From Octopus bimaculoides (lineage: Eukaryota), in NCBI RefSeq assembly GCF_001194135.2, contig NC_068998.1, positions 33,922,695 to 33,986,694 of the forward strand: 64,000 bases of DNA, in the 5' to 3' direction. Both the position numbers and the translations under genes were made by a program. Shown in pieces: positions 13,291-26,055 of this stretch (its first letter is position 1; each line of letters opens with the position of its first letter). A model generated the notes under the pieces. It was given only the letters and a program-made list of their open reading frames with translations. It was not told where the DNA came from and did not search any database.

Positions 13291-13631
13291 AGTTAAACTG
13301 AGTTCTAGAAGCACAGTATGTTCCACTCACATGTAATAAGAAAATTTTTCACACACCCTACCCCAACAAACCAAACTTCATCTCTTCTCTTCCTCATGTC
13401 TCCTTCTTCATGCACTATGCTTATCTCTCCCTCTCTAATTCTGTCCTCACAGCCTTGTTCACTGTATCATTGCTATCCAGTAGCTCCTCACCCCCAACAT
13501 ACCCAGGTTTTCAACACTCACTACATTCCCCTCCCCAACTCTCTACTCACTCTTCTTTGGCAATACTCTGCAACTTATATTATGACTTCCATAACTCAAG
13601 GGTATGGCTTCTATCTCTTTCTCTCTTCTTT

Positions 13632-13687
13632 TACTTGACCATCCCATTTATATTCTGATTACTTGACCATCTCATTTATATTCTGAT
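13632..13687 (+). repeat. 28-bp tandem duplication
   Basis: tacttgaccat(c/c)(c/t)catttatattctgat twice, one mismatch. Confidence 0.9.
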
Positions 13688-13904
13688 CCCTGTCCCTTGT
13701 GAGCATGCCTAGCATTTTGCCAACATCTCTCTCTCCTGCTTTACCTTGCACTCCTGCTATCTCCCACTCTCTCTCTCTATCTCCTTCTCCTGCTCTTCCC
13801 TCAGGTTGGGTAACCATATATCTCCTTTACAGCAGCACACCTGTTTCTGTCCTTATTTTTTCTCTCTCTATCTCTATCTCCTTCCCCCTCTCTCTGTGGC
13901 CAAG

Positions 13905-14005
13905 TAACCATGTACCTCTCCTACAGCCATAAAGACCATGCCTGGCCAACTCCTGTTGAACCATCCAACCCATGCCAGCATGGAAGGAGGACGTTAAACG
14001 ATGAC

Positions 14006-14064
<59 letters not shown>
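13905..14064 (+). mobile_element. RTE-type 3' tail ending in (GAT)n
   Basis: ccaacccatgccagcatggaaggaggacgttaaacgatgacgatgat..., the same terminus as the LINE at 50785. Confidence 0.75.
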
Positions 14065-14066
<2 letters not shown>

Positions 14067-16015
14067 CAGGAGATTCAATACTGTTTTTATGCAATATAGT
14101 GATATACCCATAGGATTTGCAACCTCTCTAACTGTTGTACATTGATATTTAATTACTTCTCTGTTAACTCCCCAGTTTTTCTTCTTGGAATCTTTCTACA
14201 TTTTTCCCTGTCTCTCCTTTATTTGGTAATGTCCTTCCTTAAACCACCTCACAATTATATGGGTCATTTTTTAATGATTACAACATTTCTCAATTAGACT
14301 TTCCTCCTTGTTACAAATAGATGTTTCTACAACATCTAAATTTATTGATATTGTTTTCTCAGTGGTTTGCATTGTTGTGTTGATTAATTTGAACTAAAAC
14401 ACAAGTATTTATATGAATATTTTCACCTTTGCGCTAATTCAAAATTCTATAGAATCTGATTGCAGCTTGGAAGATATATTAGCTATTCAAACACACACAA
14501 ACACTGTTAAATTCACTCAAGCACTTATTATTTTCTGTTAAAAATTTTGTTGCACCATCTGCAACCTAGTCACTGATGTAATTCCATTGCATCTGAAGTT
14601 AACAAATTTTGTGTGATTTTGAATGAGTGATTTTAGTTTCAACACACAATCTCAGATCAGATCACTACTTAAATTTATAGAATTTGTTTTACTTATTCTG
14701 TAAGACTGTTTTTATAAGGAAAAGAAAGATAGGGAAGGTTGAACTGAAGCATTTATGGACTTATGTGACAACTGGCAATCAAAAATGCTGCATATAAATT
14801 TAGTGAGCCATGAACTGGCCTCAAATCAGACTTTTCATCACTTGATTATTAAAACTGAACTTATAAAGATAAAGTTTACACGGTACTCTATTGTATTATA
14901 GTATGCAACTGAAGGTAAGAGCCAATAATATATTGGCTGTCAATTTAATTATTTTTCCTCCCCTGCCTAGTTAAGAGAAATTAAAATCTTTACTAGGCCT
15001 AAAGTTGGCAATATAACATATGGTTTTATTCACTAGGCCATTGTCTTATAGATGTTTCTGGAAGTTGTTTAAAACAGTAATAATTCCATCCATAATGCTA
15101 ATTGTAAATCTGTAGACAGAGAGTAGATTTGTTAATCACCATATTTATTGGGGCTAATTTTTATTTGATAAATCCAATTGAGCAAGTTTATATTAGATCC
15201 ACTGCTAACATTTTACTATGCAGCCATAATTCAGAGATTAGAATTAACCAAGTTCATAAGTTTCTATATTTAAAGACTTCTGTATGATTTACAGTTCAAA
15301 TTTACAGTTTAGTAATTTGCATAAAATGATACAGGGATATTAAGTTGCAAGTGTATATTCCAAATGTCAGCTTAATGTTGCAGACAATCTGGAAGTGGAA
15401 CATAGCTTAATGATAGCAAATTGTTATTGGAATAGATAAATTTAAGAATTTTATGTCGCCAGCTGCAACATTGTAAAAGAATTATAATTAAGAAAATATT
15501 TATCGTTTTTCCTGTTATATATTTATGTTTCTGCTATAGTATTCAGACAACTAAGATAAATGTTTGGAAATGTTTACAGAGTCCACTTGTCTGCAATGCA
15601 ATTGCATTTATAAAGACCGGTTCACTATCTAAACTTTGTTCGATAGATTTTTCTATGCACATTGATATATTAATATGTCTTAATTTTACAGTATTTACAA
15701 CAATATTGTGAATAATGACGACCATCTTTTGCAACAGTGAACCATGTATTTTTGTGGACTTTTATTGCTAAATGTAGTTTGCCAAGTTAGCAGAGATTGT
15801 TCCACTTTGGTAGACCATTTGAATGTACATGCTCTGTTTACTAAAGGAATAACAGGATTAGTGAAACTGACTACTTCAGCAGTAGCAGCAGTAGTAGCAG
15901 CAGCAGCACCAGTGGCTCAGTAAGGAGACTAGCTGTTGTTTAGACACAATATGAAGCACATATGCACCTGCAAATGTCCTGGCTGGACATCCTCAATGCT
16001 TTCAAACTCACTAGT

Positions 16016-16087
<72 letters not shown>

Positions 16088-16271
16088 TTCTTTGTGTATA
16101 TGCCTACTTTTTTCATACTAGCATGGATTAAACAAGACTTGAGACAACATTCTACAACTAGAAGTTCTTCCTATCATCAATCCTTTCTCACTGGTTTCCA
16201 CATATTGAACCACTGATATGGAAGGCATAAATGTTACTACTTCTAAGCAGTGTCAATATGATGACATATGG

Positions 16272-16455
16272 GATGATGGCAAGCTGGCAGAATCATTAGC
16301 ACACCAGGAAAAGATTTTTAGTGGCATTTTGTCTGCTTTTATGTTCTGAATTCAAATTTCACTGAGGTTGACTTTGCCTTTCATCCTTTCAGAGTTGGGA
16401 AAATAAGTATCAGTTGAGCACTGGGGTCAATGCAATCGACTTACCCTCTCCTCTG
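16272..16455 (+). mobile_element. SINE family A copy
   Basis: gatggcaagctggcagaatcattagc...gaattcaaattt...ttgactttgcctttcatcctttc. Confidence 0.8.
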
Positions 16456-16664
16456 AACTTTACACTATTAATGGATATTTAAAGAACTGAAAAATTTAAT
16501 TGAGACTGTTAGATATTCTTATGAAGTTTTACTACCTGAGAGAGCCGATTGATCAACAAAACAAAATCATCTGCTTCAAAGTCTTTACATATTTATCTGG
16601 TATTGTCTGGAACATAATTTAACAAATGTTTATGACACAAAATTATCGTAATTTTGTATTATAG

Positions 16665-16932
16665 GTTATGCTTCAAACACCAGCTTAATAATGATTTCAA
16701 ATTTTAGGACTAGGCCAGCAATTTTTTTTTGGTGGGGGAATGGGAGAATGAGGATGGTTAACTCAATCCCCCTCTTCTCCCCCAGTACTCATCTGGTGCT
16801 TATTTCATCGATTCTGAAAGAATGAAAGGCAAAGTCAACCTCAGCAAAATTTGAACTAAAAATTTAAAGAAGAATGAAATGTCACTAAGCATTTTGCCTG
16901 ATGGGCTTACAATTCTGACAACTTGCCATCTT
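16665..16932 (-). mobile_element. SINE family A copy
   Basis: Plus strand gaaagaatgaaaggcaaagtcaacctcagcaaaatttgaact is the reverse complement of the family A core and B box. Confidence 0.75.
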
Positions 16933-18189
16933 ACACCAGAGTTATTTTACTAGACATCTCCAAATTCCTAATTATTTTAAAATGTTATTAAAACATTATA
17001 TTTCATTAGAAGAACAGAGTATTTCATTTGGAGTATAGCAACAAAAGTGTTAACAGCTTCTTATTAACTGTTAGATAGCAGGTGTCAGATAGAAAAATAT
17101 TAGTTACCATCTAATAAAGAGTAGCTATGAAGTATCCATTTAAGCACCATGCATCAGTGGTATAATTCTAATGTAGAGCCAAATCCACACTGCATGTCTG
17201 AATTTCTCTGTCGTCATTTCCCTGCACTCATTCCTCATAATTGCAATTTCTGTTAAATAGTCAATAGCCTGAAAAGAGATGCTTCTTAACTGGCTGATGT
17301 TACTGCCTCTCATTGCACTTTATGAAGGCTAAACTTTCACTGCTGACCCAAGAAGCCATTAACTGCTACTTGTTTATTAGCCTTCAGTAATCTGAAACTT
17401 ATTACACTGGTGAAATGAAGTGTTTATAAAGCTGTGAGTCCTAATATTGTTTATATATACACTTCTTCATCCCTTTCTTCAGCAAATACTGTACACTGAT
17501 TAATATAAGTGCTGCATTTATACTTTAATATTCAACATCATCAGTATCATCAACATTGGAAATGGAGTCATTGTCACTATCATCTTCTCCTCCTACTCCT
17601 TCTCTTGAACCTCTTCCTCCTTCGTATTTCCTTTCATCTTCCTTTTTTCTGGGGTAAATCTAATCAACTGCAATACTTGATTGGTACATCAGTCTGTCAG
17701 AGGGCCGCTCTCCCCAGGTTATCTCCCCTCCAAAATTTCAAGCTCTTGTGTTTATGTTAGAAACAATTATTGTTATTATCAATAATATTAATACGCTTAG
17801 TTTTGTTTGTTTTTGTTTGTACCTGTAATGTATGTCACACTTCAAAGGAAGAAGTGAGTGGCAAAGCAAGAGAGAGGAGGACAGAGAAGAAATAAAAGAG
17901 AAAGAGAAAGAGTGAGAGAGAAAGAGAGAGAGAGAGAGTGAAAGAGAGTGGTGATGGTGTTTGCTTTGTGTTTTTAATTGTTTATTACATCACAAGAAAA
18001 GTAGATGCAGAGATCAAAAGAAAAGCTGATATATAGATACATACACACATAGTTAAATTAAAAGCAGGAGAAAGGAGGGACACAGAGGAAGTGAAAGAGG
18101 AAGAAAGTGAGAGAGACAGTAGATACATAGATCCAAAGAAAAATTGATACATAGAAACATAGACACGGCATATATTGGATGTCACTTTC

Positions 18190-18365
18190 AGTTTTCATTA
18201 CCATACGAGGATAAAATTAACTCACAGGTGGCTGAGTACTCCACAGACATGCATATCATTAACGTAATGCTCAGGGAGATTCAGCCTCACACAGAATATG
18301 ACAATGCTGGCCCCTTTGAATTACAGCTACAACTCATTTTGGCCAGCTGAGTGGACTGAAGCAAG
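18190..18365 (-). mobile_element. 3' portion of a third SINE type
   Basis: Reverse complement cttcagtccactcagctggccaaaatgagttg...ctgaatctccctgag...gtctgtggagtactcagcc; related to 3670-3830 and to the core at ~54000. Confidence 0.5.
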
Positions 18366-18649
18366 ATAAACTTTCAAGTGGTTGAAAGAAAATGAAAAAA
18401 GAACCTATATTGGGGCAGGAAAATCTCTTTAGTCATTAGGGTCACTATAGGTGTTAATCTGGTCCTAACAGACGTATTTACACAGGCTGTTGTTATCAAA
18501 CTGTTTCAGTCAAGTATTGGGGCTGACATAATCGACTTTATCTCTCCCCTCAAAATTACTGTCCTTGTGCTAAAATTAGAAAGAATTATTATCAACCAGA
18601 GGTGGTAGTGGTGCTGAACGTGTTTTCCCAAACTTGCAAACTTACCAAT

Positions 18650-18842
18650 TTTTTTATTCTTTTACTTGCTTCAGTTATTGGCCAGCAGCCATGCTTGGAC
18701 ACTGTCTTCTACACAGCTTCTTTCTACAACATTCATTCACAAGGTATCAGTTTGCCTAGTCTATAGCAGAAGATGATTGTCCACAGTTCCACACAGTGGG
18801 ACTGAACCCAAAGTATACTTCCTAAACACATCCATGCTTGCA
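18650..18842 (-). mobile_element. SINE family B copy (internally deleted)
   Basis: ttttacttgcttcag...gccatgct...cacaagg...cagtgggactgaaccc. Confidence 0.7.
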
Positions 18843-19639
18843 TCGTATTGAAAATATTTTCACCATTATTTTGCTTAAAAAGAAAAATAGTTTGGAATAG
18901 ATTAATATCTATCCTGTTTACTTCAGGATGGAAGAATAAAGTTTGTCATCAGACATATGTAAATTTCATACTTTGTAAATATTAATTTACTTGTGTTTTA
19001 ACATTCTTCTTCTAATAGAGTAGCAGAGACAGGTGTTAGTCGCAAGTAAAGTGGTGTCAATCACACTCTGAACAAAAAATTGTGAAAACTATAAATTAAT
19101 TTTTTTAAACACAGAGAAAAGTATTTTTGAAAGAACAGAAAAAATTGAAGTAATTGAATATCATTTTGATAGGATATTCAAACTTTTCTAAAATAGACAA
19201 TGTTATTGTTGATAATGTCAAATTAAATAGAAGCAATTTTGCTAGCATTGCAAGTGAAAGGAGGTAGTGTTTTATTACACTTTGTCTGCATTTGCTGGGT
19301 TCAAAATGAAAGACGAAAAATACACAGAAATACAGAAATCCAAAATTTGAACTTGAAGATTCTGTGTTCTTTTTTTTTTTAGATAAAATGACATCATTAA
19401 TTTTCATATATACATAACTAGTAACAAGGGAAAAGGAAAAAAACTTGAATCCGAGCAAGACAGACATACTGTCAAAATATTGTTCAGTTCAATAAGCAGA
19501 GTCAATCTTTATTCCTCACAAATCAGATTATACTCTTCTTATTGTGTATTTACTTTCAGGGAAGAGTTATGTCACTCTTTATAAACTTATTATTATTCAC
19601 TTAACTGATTTATCAATGTCTATGTCACATTTCAGCTCC

Positions 19640-20020
19640 ATCTTGCAGCTCAGAAATGCAACACTTTCCTCAACTAAAGCTATTCTAAGTATCACAACTA
19701 TCTGAATACTTCCTATGAAGTTTGGTATTTGCAGCTTTTGATGCCAGAATATTGCTCTTTTTGAGATGGATTAAGTATACCAATCACAATAGGTACCACA
19801 CACACTTTTGAGGCCCTATGAATTTTCTAAATTTCCAATCATAAGTCTTGGTACTTCCCAACTTTTTCATCCTCTGTCTTAACAATATTTTGGTCTGCAG
19901 GTATAGCTACATCAATGCAGGTCCATTCTTTGGACTCCTTCAGTCAGAGAGTGATATCTGGACGATTATGTTGCAACATTTTGCCTGTACATATTGATAT
20001 ATCCCATGTGAGACTCACCT
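19640..20020 (-). mobile_element. R4/Dong-type non-LTR retrotransposon, restriction-like endonuclease (RLE) fragment
   Basis: Minus translation LTWDIN...QHNRPDITL*LKESKEWTCIDVAIPADQNIVKTEDEKVGKYQDL...VVPIVIG carries the RPD-x-ID-x-K..KY RLE signature. Confidence 0.8.
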
Positions 20021-20035
20021 ATCATCATCATCATT

Positions 20036-20097
<62 letters not shown>

Positions 20098-20119
20098 TAT
20101 TATTATCATTATTATAATT

Positions 20120-21125
20120 AAGGTGGTGGGCTGGAAGAATCATTACTATACTGGGTGAAATACTTAGAAGTAGTTCATCTGACTTCATGTTCTGAGTTCA
20201 AATTCCACCAAGGTCTACTTTGCCTGTTATCCTTTCGGAGTTGATAAATTAAATACCAGTTGTGTACTGGGGTCAATGCAATCGACTACCCCGCTCCTCC
20301 AAATTTCAGGCCTTGTGCCTATAGTAGAAAGGATTATTGTTATTATTATTAATATTATTGAACATGTGGCATTACCTGCAACACCTCCATGTTGCTGGGG
20401 TGTGTGTAGTATTGTGTGTTCTTTTTTGTTGTTGGTGGGGAATGTAAACTCTTCCCAGCATTGTATTGTGTCAGCTTGTTTGTTCGGGTTGTGTTATGTT
20501 GGCAGTGAGTTGATAGAATTGTTACCATGCCAGACAAAATACTCAGAGGTATTTCTTCTGGCTTATTACATTCTGAGTTCAAATGCTGCTGAGATTGACT
20601 ACCTTCCATCCTTTTAGGCTTGATAAATTATATACCAGTTGAGGACTGGATTTGCTGTAATTGACTTAACCCCACACCCTTAAAAATTATTGTCTTTGTG
20701 CCAAATATTAGATAGAATTTTTTTTTATTGTTGGAGGTAGATTGACAGAATCATTAGAATGTTGGACAAAATGCTTTGCTGTATTTAATGTTCTGACTTC
20801 AGATTTCACAAAGGTCAACTGTGGCTTTCATTCTTTTCAATTTTCACCCAATGAAATATAAGCCAAGTACTTGGATCATAATAATCAACTTTTCTTTCCT
20901 AACAAAATTTCTGGCCTTGTGCCTTTGATAAACATCATTATTGATAGGGTGATGGATAGGCAAACTCTTTGAACAAATGCCTTACATTAATTCGTCACAT
21001 TTATGTTGTGAGTTCAAATTCTGCTAATGTCACTGTTGCTTTCATCTTTCCAAGAGCATTAAATTAAAGTACCAATGAATTACAGAGGTCAATTTAATTA
21101 ACTTAACCCCCTCCACTCATACATT
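20120..21125 (+). mobile_element. Cluster of four same-orientation family A SINE copies (~20120, ~20500, ~20735, ~20945)
   Basis: Each has a ttctga(g/c)ttca(a/g)at B-box followed by a variant of the ctttcatcctt core; divergence increases along the cluster. Confidence 0.75.
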
Positions 21126-23986
21126 TCTTAAAAGAAAACATTATTTTCTTTATTTGATGAATGTCACGATCAGTGAAACATTGATAGAATATTCTAGCAT
21201 ATTCAACTATGCCCTGGTGGGAGGTTTGGTTGTAGTATTGGTATTATTGTGTGGGAGCTTTGGTTGTGTGATGTTGTTGTTATTGGTGGTGGTGGTGGTA
21301 TTGTTATTGTGTGGAGGTTTCAGTTGTTAGACATTGGTATTGTTACTGGTAGCAGCATCGGTGGCAGCTGTAGTGGTAATGGTGGTGGTAGAGGCAGCAC
21401 TGGTGGTGTTGTAAAACTACTGATGTATCTGGTCAGGATATGAGTGCTTGAAGGAAATTAAAAAAAAAAACAAGAAACCTTTGATGATAATGATCAAAAA
21501 TGTTCCGGTCACACCAGCTCTAACTTTTACACAAATATCATAAGCTTTCAACTAGCTATCATTAGCTTTCAACTATTTTAGGATGGGCTGGTAATATTCA
21601 ATGGAAATTAAGCTGCCCTTCCTACCAAATCAAGCTAATGTATAGTGGCTAAAAAATGCTTCAATTGTTGTTGCTCTTGTTGTTGTTGTTGTTGTTGTCC
21701 AGACCCAGGTCAGCCCCAATCAAGCAGATCTGTCATCAAAGATGTTCCACCTTCACCATCATCCTTTTTTGTGTTTTTGTGTTTCTGTACTTGTTCAACA
21801 TGTTCTTCTTATGTCAAGACAGTAATCTGAGGGAATTTGGTTGATATACCTAACAGGATTAACAACTGCTTAGATGTGACTTGTTATCATGTTGATGGTG
21901 AATATGTTGTGGTGATGTCTTCTGTAATAGTGGTTATAGTGAAAACAGTGGTGGTGGTGAGCATGATGATGATGATGATGACAATGTTGTTTGTAATGAT
22001 GATGATGATGATGACATGATGGAGGTTTGAAAACGGTGATGATAATCTGAGCAAATGAAAATGTTTAACAGAGAAAGTTGATAAATTTCTTAATTTGAAA
22101 AGAAAAAGGAAAAAATAAATTAAACAGAAAGGAAACAAGAAGCATTTTTCTTTCTCTAAATTATTCATTGAATTAGTAAAGGAATACTTTTGTTTTCTCT
22201 TTTCTCTTCAATTTTTGAAAAAATTAATCTTTTTCTTCCCTTCAGAATTTTGACATTTGGAAGTTTTGGAATTTAATGATATTCTTCAGATAATAAGGAG
22301 TTTATAACTTTGTGATTTGATTTTATTAATTAATCCTTTGATAAAAAGAAGCAGAAACATTTTCAATGCAAGACAGCAGGAAGAAATTTGCCTGGGAAAA
22401 AATCATTGATAATAATGATGACTGTTGATGGGGGGTGGGGGAAGCAGCAGGAGTGGTGGTGGAAGCAGTGGCAGTGGCAGCGGCAGTGGTAGCAGCAGTG
22501 GTGTGAAAATAGGAAAAACGAATGGGGATGATAATGATGATGTGAAGATAGTAAAGGACATGGTAGTAGAACTAGTGAAACTAGTGTTAGAGGTGGTAAT
22601 AATGTGTAAGTAGTGGAACTCTATGACCATTGAAAAGAGATTAGAATTCATTACATCCCTTAGTTTTTAGTTATATGTTGACACGTACATCATTCCTAAA
22701 ATCTCATTTCAAAATGTTTTTATTTTGTGGTGAAGGTGACTTGGTAATGTAAAGAACAGGTTCTTCATGAGGCAATAAAAAATTTCTTTTGTCATTCTTA
22801 ATTTCTTGAAAGTGTCTCCCTTTTAACCTTTTCTATTCTTTATTCAAAGTATAGAACTTCAATTGTTTGAGACATTTTTTTGCACACATCATTCAGTGTA
22901 TTCTAACTTAAATTATTCATGGCTTATATATATCTGATAATTTATTTTCTTATAGTATAAAAGAATATTAACATTTTGGATGTCAGGATTTTAATAAGAC
23001 AAATAAAATTATACTTGAGATTTAAAATGTTATTAGACAGAGGGCAAACTGTATTTGGTATTCAAAGATGTTACTGAATTTGTTATACTTCTTGTTTGGA
23101 TTCCAAAATGTTCAAGTGAAGAGTCTCTATTTTGCTTTTCAAAGCAATCATTTCATTTGTGCTAGCACCAGGCAAATATTGGTAAAGGTGAGATTTTGTT
23201 AGTTATGAAAAGATTTTTATTCTCTCTAAAAAGAAAGATGAAATAATGTAATGCAAATAATGTAATGTACTTAGCTTAGAGCTTCACCTTTACCACCAAC
23301 TCTACCTCTTATGAGCCAATGAAGTATTCTCTACACAGTGACTCAGCCTACTAAAGATTGTAGACAAATCCCGCCAAGATTATATGCAACAATTTTAAAA
23401 CAGGAATGATGCAATAGATGATGTAGCAGACTTATAAAAAAATGGCATTAGAATGCTTTCTGATCTGGGCCTAAACAACAACAATAACAACAGTTTTACT
23501 ATCCTTTGATCCTAAAGTAATATTGAAGTATTGGAAATATTGTATTTAAGACCCTAAAATGTTATCAGCTGGAAAAATTCTTTATTTCAGAACCCTAAAA
23601 TTTAAGGAGATGATGCATAGAAATCTTGCGGCAAGTCTGAAAAGGGATGAATTTGAATCCTAAAAGGTTATTAGAAGAGGTATCCTCTATATTTGATTTT
23701 TTTTTTAACATTCAGAGAGAATCCTGAAAATTTATAGGAGGAAAGAGACAATTATATTTTAGATTTAAAATGTTAATTATTTGAGTAAAAATTGATACAG
23801 TTTTGAGAGTCTGAACTTTGTAAAGACATTCATTGTTGATGTAGCTATATATGTCATTATTGTTATGCTGATGTGGATGGCAATGGGTATTATAGTACAT
23901 TTAGAGATGAACAAGTTGGTTGTACATGTTGAAGACTGGATTATTATTTCTTGTTAGATGTATGCTCTTTGTGTTGTTGTTTAGCT

Positions 23987-24242
23987 CAGTGGTTCTCAAG
24001 AGGATTCATGTGGCCTTTTGGGGTCCATACAAGATTTTGCTGTTAAAATTTAGGTGCAAGAAATTGGTTGTACTAATGCAATACGCAAAGTATTTTAATA
24101 ATTAAAAAAAAATACAAATACTAATAATATTTAATTATAAAAATATAATATGGTTTTTTAGATATTGAAGGGCTAAGAAGGTTCGTTTGAGTAAAATAGG
24201 TATCAAAAGGGTCCATAAGTAAGAAATAGTTGAGAAACACTG
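23987..24242. mobile_element. hAT (Charlie-like) MITE
   Basis: Inverted termini cagtggttctcaa / ttgagaaacactg with subterminal ggggtccata motifs; flanking 8-mers gtttagct / gcttaacc only partly match. Confidence 0.75.
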
Positions 24243-24574
24243 GCTTAACCCTACACCAGTTCTGATTGATCTTCATCAAAGGAATTCCAACCAACGTCAT
24301 TTTTACCAAGCATTGTATATTATTTAATGTATACACTTTAACTCTTAAACTAGTTTCAACTCAAGGGCTGTGGCCATGCTGGGACCACCATTTTTTTAAA
24401 GACAGCAAGTTATAGTCCAAAGGAGATTAAGCTGTCTTCTCTTAGTGCAGCAGGTGACAGTGATAGTTAGTTTTAAAGATATTTGAAATTTTGTTACTGT
24501 TATTTAGCAACATTCCAGCCCTTTAATGACAGTTGACTTCTCTTACACATGTTGTATAACACAAATTGATTTGT

Positions 24575-25200
24575 TGCTTATACTTCAGTTGAGTGATGCA
24601 AAAATTACTGGACTGCAATCTGAGACTTCTAATAATAGTGAACTGGCTGAATAGGAACAAATTCTAGAACAGAACTGGCCTTACTCTGTGTCTTACACAA
24701 CACTTATCCAGGCAGTTCTATTTAATGACCATGAAGTTGTTGTTTCACAGGCAATGAGGTAACAAATTATTAATTATATACATGAATGGCATTTAAATTG
24801 CTCAATGTGTGTAATGGGAGCAACAGAATTACTGTATTGATCTGGAATGTTGGCAGATATCATTGCATTATCTACCAGCTGGGATACCTGTATTGAATAT
24901 CAAAGAAATCAGAAAAAGGAAAAACTTGAATCACTGTTGGAATTACTCTGGCCAGCTGTGGGGCAAATTTGCTTTAGAACAAAACCTTTCAGCTTTTTTT
25001 GTTGTTCCTGTGGTTAATCACAGTGGATTCATTGAATATAGTAAACTGCTAGATTTAAAAATCCAAGCAGCTGTAAAACATTATAAATCTCAATTTGTGA
25101 GACAATATTTGAGTGAAATTTGTGAAAAATAATGGGCTGCAATTTAACAAGTTGTTTGAAGAATTCTCAAGCATATCACACTTTGAGTAAAGAAATATGA
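24575..25200 (+). mobile_element. Ty3/gypsy pol relic (integrase H2C2 zinc-binding region and start of the catalytic core)
   Basis: Reconstruction across frameshifts: VLFNDHEVVVSQAMR*QIINYIHEWH...ELLY*SGM...WDTCIEYQRNQKKEKLESLLELLW...SGFIEYSKL...KSQFVR...NGLQF. Confidence 0.75.
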
Positions 25201-25260
25201 TCAGAATTTTAAAACAACTTTTAATAAAAGCCATTTAGGCTGCAGGAATATACCTATTTC

Positions 25261-25380
25261 AGGTATGGCTGTGTGGATTTAAAAGTTTTCCTTACATCAT
25301 ACAGCACCTAGGGCAAGTAACCTACAATAACCCAGGGCTGATCAAAGCTTTGGTTTTGTGAACAGAAACTGTAGGTCCAT
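25261..25380 (+). mobile_element. SINE family B relic
   Basis: aggtatggctgtgtgg...gcacctagggcaagt...caaagctttgg...cagaaactg. Confidence 0.55.
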
Positions 25381-25401
25381 TCTAAATACACACACAGGCA
25401 T

Positions 25402-25771
25402 GATGGTCATCCACTCGTGACCGAGGAAGACCATTGCCGACCTTCAGGAACATTGTGCACTCTAGGACTAACTTATATTTTGCATTTGTGGCTCCGTTGG
25501 TGGCTAATGAGCCCTGCTCTTGACAAGCATACACAACTGCAAACATTGCAGATTAAGCTTTCCCCATTCACTATATGAGCCGTGCGTTTTCGCGCAGCTC
25601 GCTTAAGTTCTTCATGCTGGATACGTGCTCTCTCAAAAGTGTCGATCCCCTCCTTAACCTGCTTTCTCCATCCATGGCGATGACAGGCATTGTTCTCCCA
25701 GTAAGTGTCCTGCATATCACAGGCCTTTAATGAAGACTTGACACAGTTCTTAAAGCGCAGCTAGAAACCCA
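25402..25771 (-). mobile_element. 5'-truncated RTE (BovB-like) LINE with C-terminal zinc finger and 12-bp target-site duplication
   Basis: LRFKNCVKSSLKACD...WENNACHRHGWRKQVKEG...CNVCSCVCLSRAGLISHQRSH, a short 3' UTR, and acacacaggcat at 25390-25401 and 25772-25783. Confidence 0.85.
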
Positions 25772-25804
25772 ACACACAGGCATACACTTATACATACATA
25801 CATG

Positions 25805-25846
<42 letters not shown>

Positions 25847-26055
25847 CATAAATATACAGGGATTAGCAATTGAGTTGCTTCTCCAACATACTGAAAATTT
25901 AGAAATAGCAGTCAAAGAACTACTGATTCTAAACTACAAATTTTTCTCTAAAACGGATGGCGATATTTATGGCACACAGATTGGAATAGTGAAATTTTCA
26001 TTCACTTAACCATGAAACGATTCGTATCCAATTAACTAAAGACTTGGTTTGTTTA

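Noticed and set aside
17520-17660. Acidic minus-strand frame KEDERKYEGGRGSREGVGGEDDSDNDS
   Set aside because: Explained by decayed (GGA)n/(GAT)n microsatellites next to a SINE tail.
19170-23190. Plus-strand exon candidates near 19174-19264 and 23147-23189
   Set aside because: Short, no recognised homology, and expected by chance in AT-rich DNA.
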